This document shows, one piece after another, positions 1 through 13,620 of a stretch of DNA of 64,000 bases. The position numbers were made by a program, and so were the translations under genes. The notes beneath the pieces were generated by a model, which saw only the letters and a list, made by a program, of their open reading frames with translations, searched no databases and was not told the origin of the DNA. Origin of the DNA: Eledone cirrhosa (lineage: Eukaryota); NCBI GenBank assembly GCA_964016885.1, contig OZ024742.1, forward strand, positions 305,164,001 through 305,228,000. The letters run 5' to 3'. The first letter of the stretch is position 1, and the number at the start of each line of letters is the position of its first letter.

Positions 1-139
1 CTGTATGTATGTATATATGTATTTTTGTGAAGCGTGAGACGATTAGTCTTCATTAAGACATCTCTCTATGATATAAAATCAGATATAAAATCTGTCTCCG
101 TTTACATTCAATGATGTAGAGCAGTTCATCTTTTTAGGC

Positions 140-365
140 AAATGCTTTCGATGTTCAGAGACTCGGATTGGTTCCGTGCAGAGCCTTTCCTCACTTAAAA
201 AACTTGAAGCACAGGCGTCGCTTGATATGTGACATTTCTTGAAATGCATGGCATTGCTGGTCATAGGCAAGTCGCTGGCAGGACTAAAAAGCCATGTCCG
301 TGATGCTTATGCTTAACAATCAAGCGATGGCATTACTCGAAATTGAGTTGTAGCCCTCATCATGT
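140..365 (+). mobile_element. RTE-clade LINE 3' relic (C-terminal C2H2 motif + 3' UTR stem-loop + (TGTA)n tail)
   Basis: 269-301 translates KSLAGLKSHVR, homologous to RSLAGLKSHIR (58270-58491) and KSLAGLESHTH (57.6 kb). 3' UTR tactcgaaattgagttg matches tactcgaaaacgagttg on the minus strand at ~57555-57570. Left boundary approximate. Confidence 0.6.
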
Positions 366-454
366 ATGTATGCCTGTATGTATATATGGGCTTAATACAA
401 CACCAATAACAGAAAGACGTTAAGTTAAAATGGTTACTTAGCTAATCATTAAAA

Positions 455-572
455 TATATCGATACCAGGCGAAACTTAACTACTGTGGTCACTATGGTCG
501 ACTAAAACGCTCTTGGAGATTGTGCCTCAGCATGGTTGCAGTCCAATAACTGAAGCCAGTAAAAAAAAAAAT
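455..572 (+). mobile_element. SINE 3' fragment (second SINE tail type)
   Basis: cagcatggttgcagtccaataactgaagccagtaaaa resembles the reverse complement of 57912-57966; A-rich end. Confidence 0.5.
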
Positions 573-1779
573 ATTTAAAACTGAAATACTATTGCTATAT
601 ATATACACACTAATGAATCATTAGAGATTACAAGAATTGTTTGTGTATTCCAGCTAGGAGTCTGAGGACAGCTGTTGAATGCAATTTTTTCTGTGAATGG
701 CGAAGCATGTGTTTTCTGTGCACACTTGCCACTACTTGACTCCAAGATGTTTGTCTTGCTGGATAGACTGCTGTCACTTCTACCACTAGCTTCCTGTTGT
801 TTTGGCAGTAGCTTTTCTAGCATTTTTATTGTTGGGTTTTTGTTTTGTATTTGATATTGTTGTTGTTTTTCTCCTCTTGTGTCTCTTGCTGCGACTGCTA
901 ATGATTTTGTGTTGTTTATTAATCCTTGTTATTTTCGTTTTTTTTTTTGTCTTTTTAAATCTTATTGTCGTTGTATTGGTAAAAGTTATTGTGGAATTTT
1001 TTTTCTGCTATGCTGTCATTTTTATTGTTGTTATTATTGTCTTCTTTGTTGTTGATATTTAAGTTCCTGCTGTTATTGTTGCTGCTGTTGTGGCTGCCGC
1101 TACATCTGCATCTGATGCTGTAGATAACATTTGTTCACGTCACGTGTTATATTATTGGCAATATTTCAACAGTGAATATGTGGTTAATTACTGTTTTTGT
1201 TATTGTTGTGTGTGTGTGTTTATGTCTGTGTGAGTGTGTGTTTTGTTCTTGTCATATTGGAGGTGGTCGTTTTCGTTGTCAATGTATTACCTTCTCCCTT
1301 TCAGGCTTGTAGTGTTATGTGTTTTAGAAATGAAAATATATTTTTTTTTTCTTTTCTTGTTTTTTTAATTTTTATTTTTATATTTGCTTTTATTTTTTGA
1401 TTTGGTGGTTGGTGGCGGGGACTTTTCCACTCAGACCAATCCTGCTTATGAATAATATTATCATTATTTATATTTTCCGATTCTTTATATTCTGCTTTCA
1501 AATCGCGCTGAAGTAAACATTTTCAGGGTTGATAAAATAAAGTGCCATTCAAATACTGGGTCAAATTCATTTACTGAACCATCCCTTATTCAAAATGTTT
1601 GGCCTTGTGTCTACAAGAGAAAAATTACCTCAGTAGTCTCATTTTTATTTGATGTCCATACTGAAGAGAACGTAACAGTTTGGCAATAGGTAAAGAAGAA
1701 ATATAAACAGAAGAAAGTTCTGTTGTATATATCGTGTACCCCATATATCTTATTTCTGGTCTCAGAAATTGGTTTATAC

Positions 1780-2190
1780 ATATGAAATTGTTATGATAAT
1801 ATTCAATGTTTTATCTATATTCCTATGCAGATTACAATTTGCTAAGAATGCGCCTCTATGCTCACTATTATCAAAAGACGATGGGGTATAGGAGGTTTCA
1901 CAGAGGGACGGCGTTCTCTTCGGTGCAGAAGGCTTCTAGAGTCTACACCTTCCCATTTCCAACCACAGACTGTGGACCGAAGATTGCAGGTTCTAAACCT
2001 CATTTCCATCACTGACAACAAAACCGAAACTTCCTCCTAAGCAATGCAGATCATACAGGCAGCAGAATCCACTCATGGGCTCTGCAACGGACAGTCAGGC
2101 AGTTCTTTAGAATGAAACCATAGAAATACCTGTGGTTTACATGAAGTAGTTACTTCCCAGCCAAAATTGAACTTACACATAAAATCCAAT
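1780..2190 (+). mobile_element. Highly degenerate CR1/Jockey-group LINE RT C-terminal relic
   Basis: LYAHYYQKTMGY / SVQKASRV / FQPQTVDRR loosely follow the LYxxxxRPxMEY..LDxVQRRA..L+xRR order. Many frameshifts. Confidence 0.3.
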
Positions 2191-2557
2191 TATTCATGTA
2201 GCCAAACTCATACACGTCATCGATTAACGATGGACGAATAATATTTCAAATATATAATTAGTAAATCCTATATTTGGAAAATATTCTTGTTTTTCCATAT
2301 AGTTATTTTTGTTATTGTTATTATATTTTATTCATTATATCCTTCTTAAAGTAGGAAGTCACCAAATATATTTCATGACTATTTTAGTAATTTCCTAAAT
2401 TGAAGTTCCTAAATCTGAACATATTTTGTTGTTTTTGTTGATGGTGGACTTCTTACTGTCCTTTATGTCGAGGCTGCTGTTAGTGGTGGTAATGATGATG
2501 CTGCTTTTTACTGTTCATTTCTTTTTAATCAATCTTATTAGCTGGACGTTCACATAA

Positions 2558-2614
<57 letters not shown>

Positions 2615-2632
2615 GACACACACACACACATG

Positions 2633-2688
<56 letters not shown>

Positions 2689-2807
2689 CACACGCGCAGA
2701 CACACACACACATGCACACGAGCGCGCGCACACACACAGAGATAAGATGTTTCAGATTTCATATACTTTTATAGTGTATTTCAGGAATTCTCGTGTGCAT
2801 GATTATG

Positions 2808-2892
<85 letters not shown>

Positions 2893-2896
<4 letters not shown>

Positions 2897-3290
2897 TGAT
2901 AAAAGGAAAAGAAAATGCTGACAAATTGTTCCCAGTGAAAAATAGTTTAATTAGGAATAAGTAAAAATTAGTAATAGTATTGGTTAGTATTCAGTTTTGG
3001 TAAAACCAAAACTGAATACTAACCAATGCTATTACTATGACTATTTTAGTAATTTCCTAAATTGAAGTTCCTAAATCTGAACATATTTTGTTGTTTTTGT
3101 TGATGGTGGACCTCTTACTGTCCTTTATGTCGAGGCTGCTGTTAGTGGTGGTAATGATGAAAACTGAATACTAACCAATACTATTACTAATTTTTATTTA
3201 TTCCTAATTAAACTATTTTTCACTGGGAACAATTTGTCAGCATTTTCTTTTCCTTTTACCAATATATCATAACTCCTGTGTTATTCTTTT
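2893..3290 (+). mobile_element. Fold-back element in (TA)n: arms 2893-3001 / 3005-3037+3160-3265, tail 3266-3290
   Basis: Direct reverse-complement match of the arms, axis ggt-aaa-acc. Tail contains taactcc. Interrupted by a 124-bp copy of 2375-2498. Confidence 0.8.
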
Positions 3291-3302
3291 ATATATATAT
3301 AT

Positions 3303-3481
3303 ATAGGAACAAGTATGACCCCGACGGCAGAGCTCAAGCCGTTTCGATGGCTATAGCCGTCGAAACGGCTTGAGCTCTGCCGTCGGGGTCATACTTGTTC
3401 CTATTACCCACTCTACTACCCTAAGTATTGAGTACTTTGGTGCGTTATGATCCATCTGGTTCCTTACCACATTTCATTCGT
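3303..3481 (+). mobile_element. Family-A fold-back element: 102-bp palindrome (3303-3404) + tail, in (TA)n
   Basis: Palindrome axis 3353/3354 with one mismatch. Contains the HHR 3' half gccgtc-GAAA-cggct-t-gagc. Tail shared with five other loci in this window. Confidence 0.9.
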
Positions 3482-3496
3482 TATATATATATATAT

Positions 3497-3582
<86 letters not shown>

Positions 3583-4475
3583 TGAGTGAGATATAGATCG
3601 ATATATATATAGAGATACTGAGAGATATATATAGAGAGAGACTGAAAGATATATAGATCGATAGATGGATAGATATTATACATATATATATATATATATG
3701 TGTGTGTTTATTGATGATAGTTTTATATGTGTTTAAAAATAAACATTTCAACTCATCTAAACATGAAATATATTTCAGTGAAAATGCCCACCAAGCAAAT
3801 AAAAATGAGTTAGGGCCATGACTACAACGTGTATGGGAAAGAAATAGAACAATCTGGATGAATTTTGAATATATAAATTTAAAAGAGATATTTATACATT
3901 ACCTTAATTCGGAGAATAATTTTAGTTATGATGAGTGGGTATAGTTGTCATCTTGTTTTTAAATCAGAGCAAGCCTGCCTCGATGAGCAAAACTAGGATA
4001 ACAAATATTTGATACATTAGAGCAACAGATTACATTATACTGGTGTCATTTATTTTACGATGGGGCCAGTGCTTAGGTGTGCTTAAGCACAGGGCCCCAT
4101 TGGCCCGAAAATTGTTTACCTCCTTCATGGCCCAATTAAGAGGCCTCATAATTTAACTAGCACAGGGCCTTATTTGTCCTAAATGCGACAATGTATGGTC
4201 TGGTTTCCTTTCTCATTGTATTGTTGCTGTTGTTGTTCATTAAGTAATTGAAGAATTCTTGATGATGATGCTTGTATAAGTTTTGATGTTAATGGTAGTT
4301 GTTTTAGCGTCGATTGTAGCTGTGTGGTTGCCCATGATAGATAGTGTGGGCGCTGCACATAGATTTTGATAATGGTATACGACCGTTAGGCAACTGTCCT
4401 CATATCGTTTATTGTTCATCTAATATTCCTTTCCTTTCTACTGCCTGAGATTACACACAAACACCCATAAACGCG

Positions 4476-4510
<35 letters not shown>

Positions 4511-4659
4511 TCTCTCTCTCTCTCTTTCTTACTCTCCCTCTCTCTCTCTATATATATATCTATCTATCTATTTCCCTTCCCCTCTCTCTATCTCTCTCTA
4601 TCTATCTATCTATCGATCTATCTCTCTCTATCTATCTATCTATCTATCTATTTGCACTC

Positions 4660-6004
4660 ACTCAGAAGTGGGCAGAGTGCAAACTGTCCTTGAAAGGTCG
4701 AGCGGAGGTGGCGAACACTTTCATAGCGTCCGTCATCTACTACCGCTTGACTGTCGTGCCTTGTCCCCGTGAACACCTCGCCAAGATGGAACGCATGCTC
4801 TTCCAGTTTCTGTGGAAGAAGCAGGCTCCGCTGGTGAGGAGATCCGTCTGCTGTCAGCACCCTTCCAACGGAGGGCTGGGAATGCCGTGGCTGATGATGC
4901 GCAAACATGCGCTGAGGCTGCGGCATCTCCAGGTATTCCTCACCGACCCCCAACCGGTGTGGGCACCGTTTGTGAGACAGGCTTTCCCACAGCTCGTCTC
5001 GCTAACGGAGCTGCAGTCCTGGGTGAAGAAAAGACCGAAAACGATGGGCGCCTGGCACATTGAATGCGCTCAGGCGCTCACAGTCCTCTGGCAAGCGGGC
5101 GCAGCAATCAGTGGAGACTCCACTTCGACATTCTATAGAGGGATTGTACGTTACAAGGGCGACGACGTGCTCGGAGAGACTCTGGGCGTCGAAGACGATG
5201 AGCTCACCAGTATGTTTGGTAGGACTTTCCGCCCGGGACCTATGGACAACTTCCAGAGGTCCCTGACCTGGCAGTGCTACCGAGGAGCTCTACCGGTTCG
5301 TGACAAGATCTACAGGCACGGACGCCCTGGCAGAGATCCTTCCAAGAGGACGTGTCCAAGATGTGCGCAGGACATTGAAACAGTTCTGCACGCAATTGTA
5401 CACTGCCCGGGCGTAAGCGACCTGTGGAACTATGCAGAACAACTGCTGTCGCGTATGGGACAAATACAGTTGACTGCCGAGTCCATAGTAAGGATCAAAC
5501 CGCCAGACTCTTTCAAAAACGAAAGAGAGGCGGTTTTCCTCTGTACGGTGGCTATGGTGAAAGAAGTTATATGGTGGACGAGGTTGAGAGGACTGAGGAC
5601 AGATGCCTTTCTCTCCGGACAACAATTGATTCCATTCTTTAAGTATCACTTTAGAAGGAGAATCAGGGTGGAGAGAGAGGCACTGCACCCCAGTAAATTT
5701 ACTGAAAGGTGGGTGAATGAAGCGAAAATGGCCCGAGTGATTGGGCCTTCTCTGTTTATAAGCCTGTAGGTTGAGGAAGAGAGCAAAAGGAAGAAAGGAG
5801 CACTTGCACAACACGCTCCTTGAGTTGAGGGTTGTTCTATCGACGGGGTATTAAACAACCCATTTGTGGCGCCTCCCCCCTATTGGGGATTTCGATTGTT
5901 GAAATTGTTTGTTTTTATATTTTTTTTACACGACTGTATGTAAAATCCCCGGCATGTCTTTGTATTATCCCCTTTCTTGTTGCGCCCTTGTGGCTAATAA
6001 AGAA
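4660..6004 (+). mobile_element. Tx1/L1-clade non-LTR retrotransposon, 5'-truncated: ORF2 C-terminus (4660-5769) + 3' UTR
   Basis: WAECKLSLKGRAEVAN, FQFLW, GGLGMP and the zf-RVT CCHC motif CPRC-x8-H-x4-C. Stop at 5769, AATAAA at 5996-6001, (TCTA)n on both sides. Confidence 0.92.
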
Positions 6005-6332
6005 ATCTATCTATCTATCTATCTATCTATCTCTCTCTCTATCTATCTATCTCTCTATCTATCTCGCTATCTATCTATCTATCTCTATCTATATATCTAT
6101 CTATCTATATATCTATCTATTTATCTCTCTCTTCAAGTGTAGTGCGTTAGCAGAGTTGTTAGATCGTAGGGTAGAATACTTTACGGTATTCATGCCGTCT
6201 TTCTGCACTTATACGATCGAGGTCAAATGCTCTTTTCTTTCTTTCGATGTCGATACTAAATTACCAGTCCAGCAGTAGCAGAGACACACAATAGACATTT
6301 GCTGGTATGGTGACTTAATGCATGTAATAGTC

Positions 6333-6435
<103 letters not shown>

Positions 6436-6491
6436 GTCGCAAGGCTCTGATACCACCAACACCATAAACACAGAGCTGGCATATCTGACTA

Positions 6492-6547
6492 ACTGCCTGA
6501 TGAGTTCATAGCCATTCAATGGCTATCAGCGAAATATATATAGCAGT
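6492..6547 (+). ncRNA. Minimal type I hammerhead ribozyme
   Basis: ACUGC-CUGAUGA-GUUCAUAGCCAU/AUGGCUAUCAGC (stem II)-GAA-AUAUAUAU-A|GCAGU. Intact core, 5-bp stem I, palindromic stem III. Lies in a ~160-bp insert (6431-6592) between (TA)n tracts. Confidence 0.88.
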
Positions 6548-6608
6548 AAATAAAGGATTATGAGTCATGCAATTGACTTATGTTTCGTTACTATATATAT
6601 ATATATGT

Positions 6609-6687
<79 letters not shown>

Positions 6688-6878
6688 GCTCGATTGACTG
6701 GCACTCGAGATATATAAGATATACAGGTGAGTGCGTGTGTATGTATGTGTGTGGAGGAATAGAAACATGTTAACAGGAAATCATTGATTCATATATAAGT
6801 ATGTAATTACTTATATCCATGTAGGGACACATGCAGAGGATGTGTATATAAGCATATTTATAAACATATATACACCTA

Positions 6879-6949
<71 letters not shown>

Positions 6950-6967
6950 TTATTTATATATATATAT

Positions 6968-7116
6968 AGAAGGTTTCATACAGATGGTTTCATATGAATG
7001 AAGCAATTCTAGTCCTGTAGAAGTCATTTCTATATGAATAAAGATGGATGTACTCTCCTAGCGCATTGAGTACATTTTTTAACTGTAGCCACCACTCGAT
7101 ACCCACTTCTCGCACC

Positions 7117-7120
<4 letters not shown>
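6968..7120 (+). mobile_element. PLE-type pLTR/tail fragment in (TA)n
   Basis: tactctcc...attgagta motif at 7051-7072. gaatgaagcaattctagtcctgtagaag is near-identical to gaatgaaacagctctagtcctgtagaag at ~55279-55306. Confidence 0.55.
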
Positions 7121-7161
<41 letters not shown>

Positions 7162-7912
7162 TGTGTGTATTTGCATGTAGGTGTGTGTATGTGCTTGTGC
7201 ACATGTAGATGTGTGTATGTATGTATTTATGCTTGTATGTATGTAGGTATGTATAAATTAATTGATTGATTGATTGATTGATTGAAGTTTGTTATTTTGG
7301 TTAATGCACTCTGTTTTTATATCTTATTAGATTTTTGAAGAACAAATTCATCGATTTTCTAATCAGTGTTCATGTGGTTGCAATTTTATGGATGCAGATG
7401 TGTACGTATTTATTTTCATGTCACTGGTTATTATTTCTATAAATATGGTTTTCTCGACATTATTTTTGCTTCTGTTTATTGATGTTTCAACAATGAAGGG
7501 CTGTACAAATACCTGATAATAAAAGACGACAAAAACCTATAACGTGAAATGAATTTTCCTGTAAAATACTATTCCAAATTCTGATAACAGAACAAAAAAC
7601 AAAACTTTAACAACAAACTAAATTATGCGATGCAAAAGTTTAAATACTTTGCTTCGCCACTCTATTTTTTTATCTTCCTTTATATTTTTCATCTTCTATA
7701 TCTATATGCATAGGAGTGTATATATACATATATATTTATATATATACATCCTTATGTGTATGTATACACGTAAGGGCGTGTATGTTTTGGTACTTTTGAA
7801 TATATTTATATATATATACATAAGAGAATAGAAACAAACAGATACACACATATCCATATATATGCACACATACTTTCGCATACATTTACACATGAATACA
7901 TACATACATACT

Positions 7913-8025
<113 letters not shown>

Positions 8026-8078
8026 GTAGAACACTGGAGGGTTATATCAGTAGTAGTGGAGCACTCAGTCCATGGGAC

Positions 8079-8126
<48 letters not shown>

Positions 8127-8339
8127 TAGAAATTAGAAATTATAAGCTTTCACCGTATTTTAGACTAAAGAAATTTCTAGCCTGATAGTGGGGTTATAAC
8201 CCTCGGAGAAATGGAAAGAGATGAGTGTTGCCGTATATGTATATATATATATTTATAGATTTACATCTCTGAATCTTTATACGCTTTAGTATATCTGCCT
8301 GTTTCGGGTATCGTTTTGTTTAGTTCCTTTTGCTATCTT

Positions 8340-9040
8340 ACGGATGAGTAGATGACATGAGATCATCCCACTGCATGGTCACTATCCCTGTCACAAACCT
8401 ACCCTACTCAAAGCCCAACTCATGAAGGTCTTAACACACCTACATTACATCATACTGGATTCAAATCCAGGGAGAATATGAGTGTTGTTTTTTTTGTGAA
8501 TAGGTACAGCACGAAACCAGCAACTTCTAGCATCTTGCAGTGATGGCATTACGTAGTTTCTTCAGCACAATCTTTTCTATGACCATTACATTCGTGATCT
8601 TCTTACGCCAAGAAATTTTAAGAATGGTCGTCAGACAAGGTCTATGGAAAACATCTACAGTTCTATAGGTACTACTGGTTGTTTACTATGTCTCACAAAC
8701 ATAAGGCACCGATGTCTCGTGGATTGATGTACACTGGCGCAGTATTGTTTCTTAGCTGGTAGAAGTTTTGAACCATACTGTATCCAGGTACTGAAAGACA
8801 GCTGCAAATTCCTCTCAAGAGTCTCTGTGTTGTCAACGTTAACGAAGTTACTGCCCAGGTATATGAAGTTGTCAACGATTTCCAGAGTTTAGTCCTCTAG
8901 CTGAACTGGTTGTTGCTGTATAATCAACACCTTCGACATTCGAAAAACAACATTTAAGCTGCTGTTGCTAAGCCTGGTACAACAAGTCATAGATCATCAA
9001 CGTAGCTAAGGTCTGTGAATTTTTCTTGTCTCCTTAAGGA
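8340..9040 (-). mobile_element. RTE-clade LINE RT relic (degenerate)
   Basis: Minus strand gives FTDLSYVDDL (YADD box, ~8990-9020), LEIVDNFIYLGS, QYGSKT and FHRPCLTTILK.SWRKKITN in the expected order, with frameshifts. Confidence 0.8.
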
Positions 9041-9803
9041 ACTGTATGTGGATTCTCTTCTTAATCGATCACATTTGTTGTTATTTTCCATATTTCAATT
9101 CTACAAATAACAAATTTGTAAACAAATTTACAGCACATTTCCTTCTCAATATAAACATCTATTGTTTCGATTACCATACAGATATAGTCTACCACAACCT
9201 AAAGTGAAAGTCCTGTGCATAATTCAATTTGCTATGGACGACAATCACATCCCTCTTTAGGACATATTTGATAACCTAATATTTCTACCAGATCAAGCTA
9301 ACTAGTTTCAAAGCTATATCATTCAGAGATACGTATTTTCTGTCTGAAAACAAAGTCTTACGTTAAGTATTTTAGATCAACGATGACCAGGGACTGGACA
9401 ACATAAACAACAAAATTACGGATAATCTCCATTCTTTAATATAACATATTTCACTCCTGTATTTTACACTGTACATACTACATCTATTTTACTGTGGATC
9501 AAAGTCTTCCCTTATGTGTTGTACCTCCCTTCACCTGACATCATTTTAGTTTGAACATTTTTCCGTTTTCTTTGAGAATGTGCCCGTCACAAATAAGTTA
9601 GATATTTTTTTAATTCCCTTGATTTTTAAGAGTTTCCTTATTTTATACATTCGTTGGTTATGTTTATATCTAATAAATACATTCAGTCTGTATTTATAGA
9701 ATTCTAAACCTAACCTCGGACATTTTTAACCCTGCCTACTTCATTTATGTTGATAATGAATAATAACGCTCAGGAAAATGTCATAGATGTTATACACAAC
9801 ATA

Positions 9804-9984
9804 ATAACTGTTTCTACTTTTAGTACAAGGCCAGCAATTACCCAGTGCATTACTCGTACTTTATTTTATCGACCCCGTAAGGATGAAAGGCAAAGTTAAC
9901 CTCGGCGGGATTTGAACTCAGATCATACAGGGAGGTAACTCTATGCTTCAAAGCATGGCGTCCGACCCTTTACCGATACTGCCA
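9804..9984 (-). mobile_element. tRNA-derived Nin/Deu-domain SINE
   Basis: Matches 48216-48403: A box tggcagtatcgg, B box gttcaaatcc, core gcctttcatccttacggggtcgataaaataaagta. Confidence 0.9.
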
Positions 9985-10443
9985 TAATAACACAACATTT
10001 TTATAACTATTAATTACAAAAGTATTACTACTGATTTTTCATCACAATAATAGTTATCTAGATATCTGAAAATATATCTCGGAAAATCATCACGAAAAAA
10101 TAAGCGTTACACTGAAACAAATTTGGGTGGAGCGATGAATGTAGTTATGCTCATATATTTCCTGCAAGGTAGCTTAAATGTATGGTGTCTGAATTTGCAT
10201 GCAACAGAACTGGTTAATTAGCATGGAGGGAAATGGTGGTAAATGAGGACTGTTGGTGTGATCAAGAGTTATGTCAATTGAATGAAGGTAGTAATGGGGC
10301 TTTGATGTTAATTGATTATCAGCTGTCAGGTTTCGACCGTCCGTTCGCTCTACACTAACTATATAACTACAGTCACCCCCACCCCCCACCCTAATAACAT
10401 CCTATATAATCTTAAATAATGAAAGCGCACATTATATGATATA

Positions 10444-10608
10444 GGATTGGTAGCATCGGTAGATTTATGGCTCTTTACGATCTGAGTTCAATTCTTGTCG
10501 AAGTTAGCTTTGCCTTTCATCCTTACGGGGTCGATAAAATAAAGTACCAGTAAGCACTGGGGTCGATTTAATCGACTTTCCCCTCCCCTTCAAATTGCTG
10601 GCCTTGAT
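10444..10608 (+). mobile_element. Nin-domain SINE
   Basis: Same core and B box. Confidence 0.85.
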
Positions 10609-11014
10609 TACATATTATGTAATCCTAATTACTTAGAAAAAAATGGGATGGTCATGGTTGGAATTCCTTCCATCATACTTGTTTAAAATTAACTGTAGTC
10701 GCTAAGTTAGCTTACTTGACGCATCAAGTGATGTAAATAAATAAAAACTAGTCATCAGCTGTCGTGGCTTAACATAACATGTGTCAGTAGCTGACAAATT
10801 CAAAGTGAGTTTACCTCTTAAGTAAGTGAAGGATTTTAAAAGAGGCTGGCTGATTGGTTAATTGTTTACCCCGGTTAACTCTGATCATCAAAGGTCACTC
10901 CAACCATACCTTTCACATATTTTTCTTAACACTAGTGTAGCCCGATGATGCTATGTATCTTTGAGATGGTAACAGTGTATGGAGATAGAGCGGTGCTACT
11001 GTGGTTAGTTAAGA

Positions 11015-11290
11015 GGCAGTGGATAGGTGAGATCGTTAGAATGTCGAACAAAAATGCATTACAATTTTTGTTCAGCCTAGTGCAATGGCACTAGTGTGAT
11101 AAAAGAGCCATTGCGGTATTTATTCTTGCTCTTTATGTTTTGAATTTAAATCCCATCAAGGTCAACTTCGCTTTTCATCCATCAGAGGTCGAAAAAATAC
11201 GTACCACAATAGCTCTAGAGTTGATTAAATCAACTTTGCGCTTCACACAAATTTGGTGGCGTGGTGCACAAATTAGAAATCAATATTATT
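11015..11290 (+). mobile_element. Nin-domain SINE, older diverged copy
   Basis: gcttttcatccatcagaggtcgaaaaaatacgtacc core and tagaaatcaatattatt tail. Confidence 0.7.
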
Positions 11291-11395
11291 TGTTCAGGAC
11301 CTTTGCCTTCTGAGTTCAAATCCCACAATGACCAACATAATTACTACTGCACCCATCTCACTCTCTGAATGTAATGCCCCCCCCCCCACACACAC

Positions 11396-11453
<58 letters not shown>

Positions 11454-11464
11454 TTCTCACTCTC

Positions 11465-11499
<35 letters not shown>

Positions 11500-11744
11500 C
11501 TCTCTATCCCCCTCTCTCTCTCAGACAAAACACATCTCCCCCCCTATACGTCTCTCTTCTTTTTTTGTCAAGCATTAGATTTTTTACTGAGGTAAGATTA
11601 GGTCGAGAGGGTGTCCGTATCTGCTCGTAACATCATGGACCCCTAAACCCATTAGCGAAAGCAAAGTACACGCTACCATGTATTTCTCGAGTGACAGTCG
11701 TAGTTAGCTGATGTAGACTATAAGTTAGAACAATTAGTTGACTC

Positions 11745-11953
11745 ATCGATAGTATCGGTAGCGCGACAACATGCTTTGTGGCATTCAGTTACGGCCCTTT
11801 ACGTTCTGAGTTCAAATTCTACCGTGGTAAAGATTGCCTTTCATTCTTTTAATATTCGATAAAATAAAGTACCAATTTAGTACTGGGATCGATATAATCG
11901 ATTTTTTCTTCCTCCAAATTGCTGGCCTTGTGCCTAAATGAAAAACCATTATT
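11745..11953 (+). mobile_element. Nin-domain SINE
   Basis: B box gagttcaaattc, core and ggccttgtgcctaa tail. Confidence 0.85.
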
Positions 11954-13293
11954 TGAGTCAGTGGGAATTGGTGATAGAACTGATGGAAATAGTGCGGTGA
12001 GTGAGTAGTTAAGTAAGGTGTAATAGCTTGTGAGTTAGTTGTGAGAAATACCACGTGATAAGAGCGAAGCTAGTTAACCAACTTATGATGTTGCGATGGC
12101 CACGGTCTACTGCAGTCGTCTCAAATCACTGACAGAAGCTGATGTACTCTATATCGATTGATGATGACTTCACCGACTGATCGATTTGATCTACTTATCG
12201 ATCTGGCTACGCTTCTTAGTTCGACGTTATGCTGTGTGCTACAGTGTGCTTATTAATTGGGTTGTTTGTCATGGTGGTGGTGGTGGACATGGTAGTGGCC
12301 ATGTCATAACGAAGGTGAGGATGTTGTTGGTGGTGGTGGTGGTGGTCGGCGTGGTGGTGGTGGTGGTGGTCGTCGTCGTCGTCATCGTGGTCATGGTATT
12401 AGCGGTGTTGTGATGAACTTAATGGCGGAGGTGAAGGTGAGGTTGTTGTTAGTGGTGGTGTCGGAGGTGGTGGTGGTTATGGTAGTGCAGGTGTGGGGAT
12501 GTAATTGACGGATGAAATGAAGTCGCGGATGTTGCTAGCGATGGTGTTGGTAGTGGTGGCTAGTGGTTGTGGTTGTTGTGTTGGTGTTGTTGGTTGTGGT
12601 GATGGTGGTGGTGGTGGTGGTGGTGCTAGTGAAAGTGTGGTGATGTAGTTGACGTATACAAATTAATTTGAGGATGATGTTAATGATGACTTGACAGTGG
12701 CCATAGTAGCGTTTGCCGAGTTACTGCTGATGTTGATGAAGGTGCTGTAAACGGTAATGTCAACATAGATGATGGTAATACAGTTGATGATGATGGCGAT
12801 GGTGATATTGGTAGATGTCATTGTGGTCTTCGTAATAATAGTGCTAATAGTTTTAGTTGCGGAGATTTCAGCTACGTTTTATATGGTGGAGATGGCAGTC
12901 GCATATTTCCTATAGAGTTATAGTGACTGCAGGGATAGTAATGACGGTGTTGGTGTTGGTAGCGAGTCTAATAATGGAGCTAGTAGTTATATTAGTTATA
13001 TATGTGCAGGGATGTAACAGTGGAAATGGGTGTTTAATGATGGGAATAGTCATCTCAGTCTTAATGGTGGCGTAGTGTTAGTGAAATTGGTGAGAATGGT
13101 GAGGCATAGGATATCTCACCACCACCAGAGAAGGAGGGATAGATAGATAGATAGATAGGTAGATAGATAGATAGATAGATAGGTAGATAGATAGAGCGTG
13201 TGTGTATGTGGAAGGAAATGTTACTAGTATTGTTTCACTTTGGTAACTGGTTACAACGATGATTATATCTATCTATGTATCTACCTATCTACA

Positions 13294-13350
<57 letters not shown>

Positions 13351-13436
13351 AGAATAGGATGGGTGTGTAGTTGCTAGTAAAGTTAAGCTTAAATTATATA
13401 TCTATATATCTATATATATATATACATACGTATATA

Positions 13437-13561
13437 TAAGAAAATGGAATCGAAAATACAACTGGGGTCTTTTTAAGAATATTTATTTATTTCCTTTAGC
13501 GGTTTCACAGTGCTTATGCTTTTCAAAAATCTAATTGAGATGGAGAGGTTTGGGTTTGTCT

Positions 13562-13565
<4 letters not shown>
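13437..13565 (-). mobile_element. PLE pLTR-like fragment with decayed HHR-like motif, in (TA)n
   Basis: Minus strand tttgaaaag-cataagcactgt-GAAA-ccgct-aaagg resembles a decayed minimal HHR; flanked by (TA)n. Confidence 0.35.

Positions 13566-13620
<55 letters not shown>

Noticed and set aside
2999-3025. HHR half at the axis of the 2893-3265 palindrome
   Set aside because: Reads AAAA rather than GAAA in both arms, and stem III is not self-complementary.
4065-4195. hAT-like MITE relic with ggcccc motifs
   Set aside because: TIRs too degenerate and no TSD identifiable.
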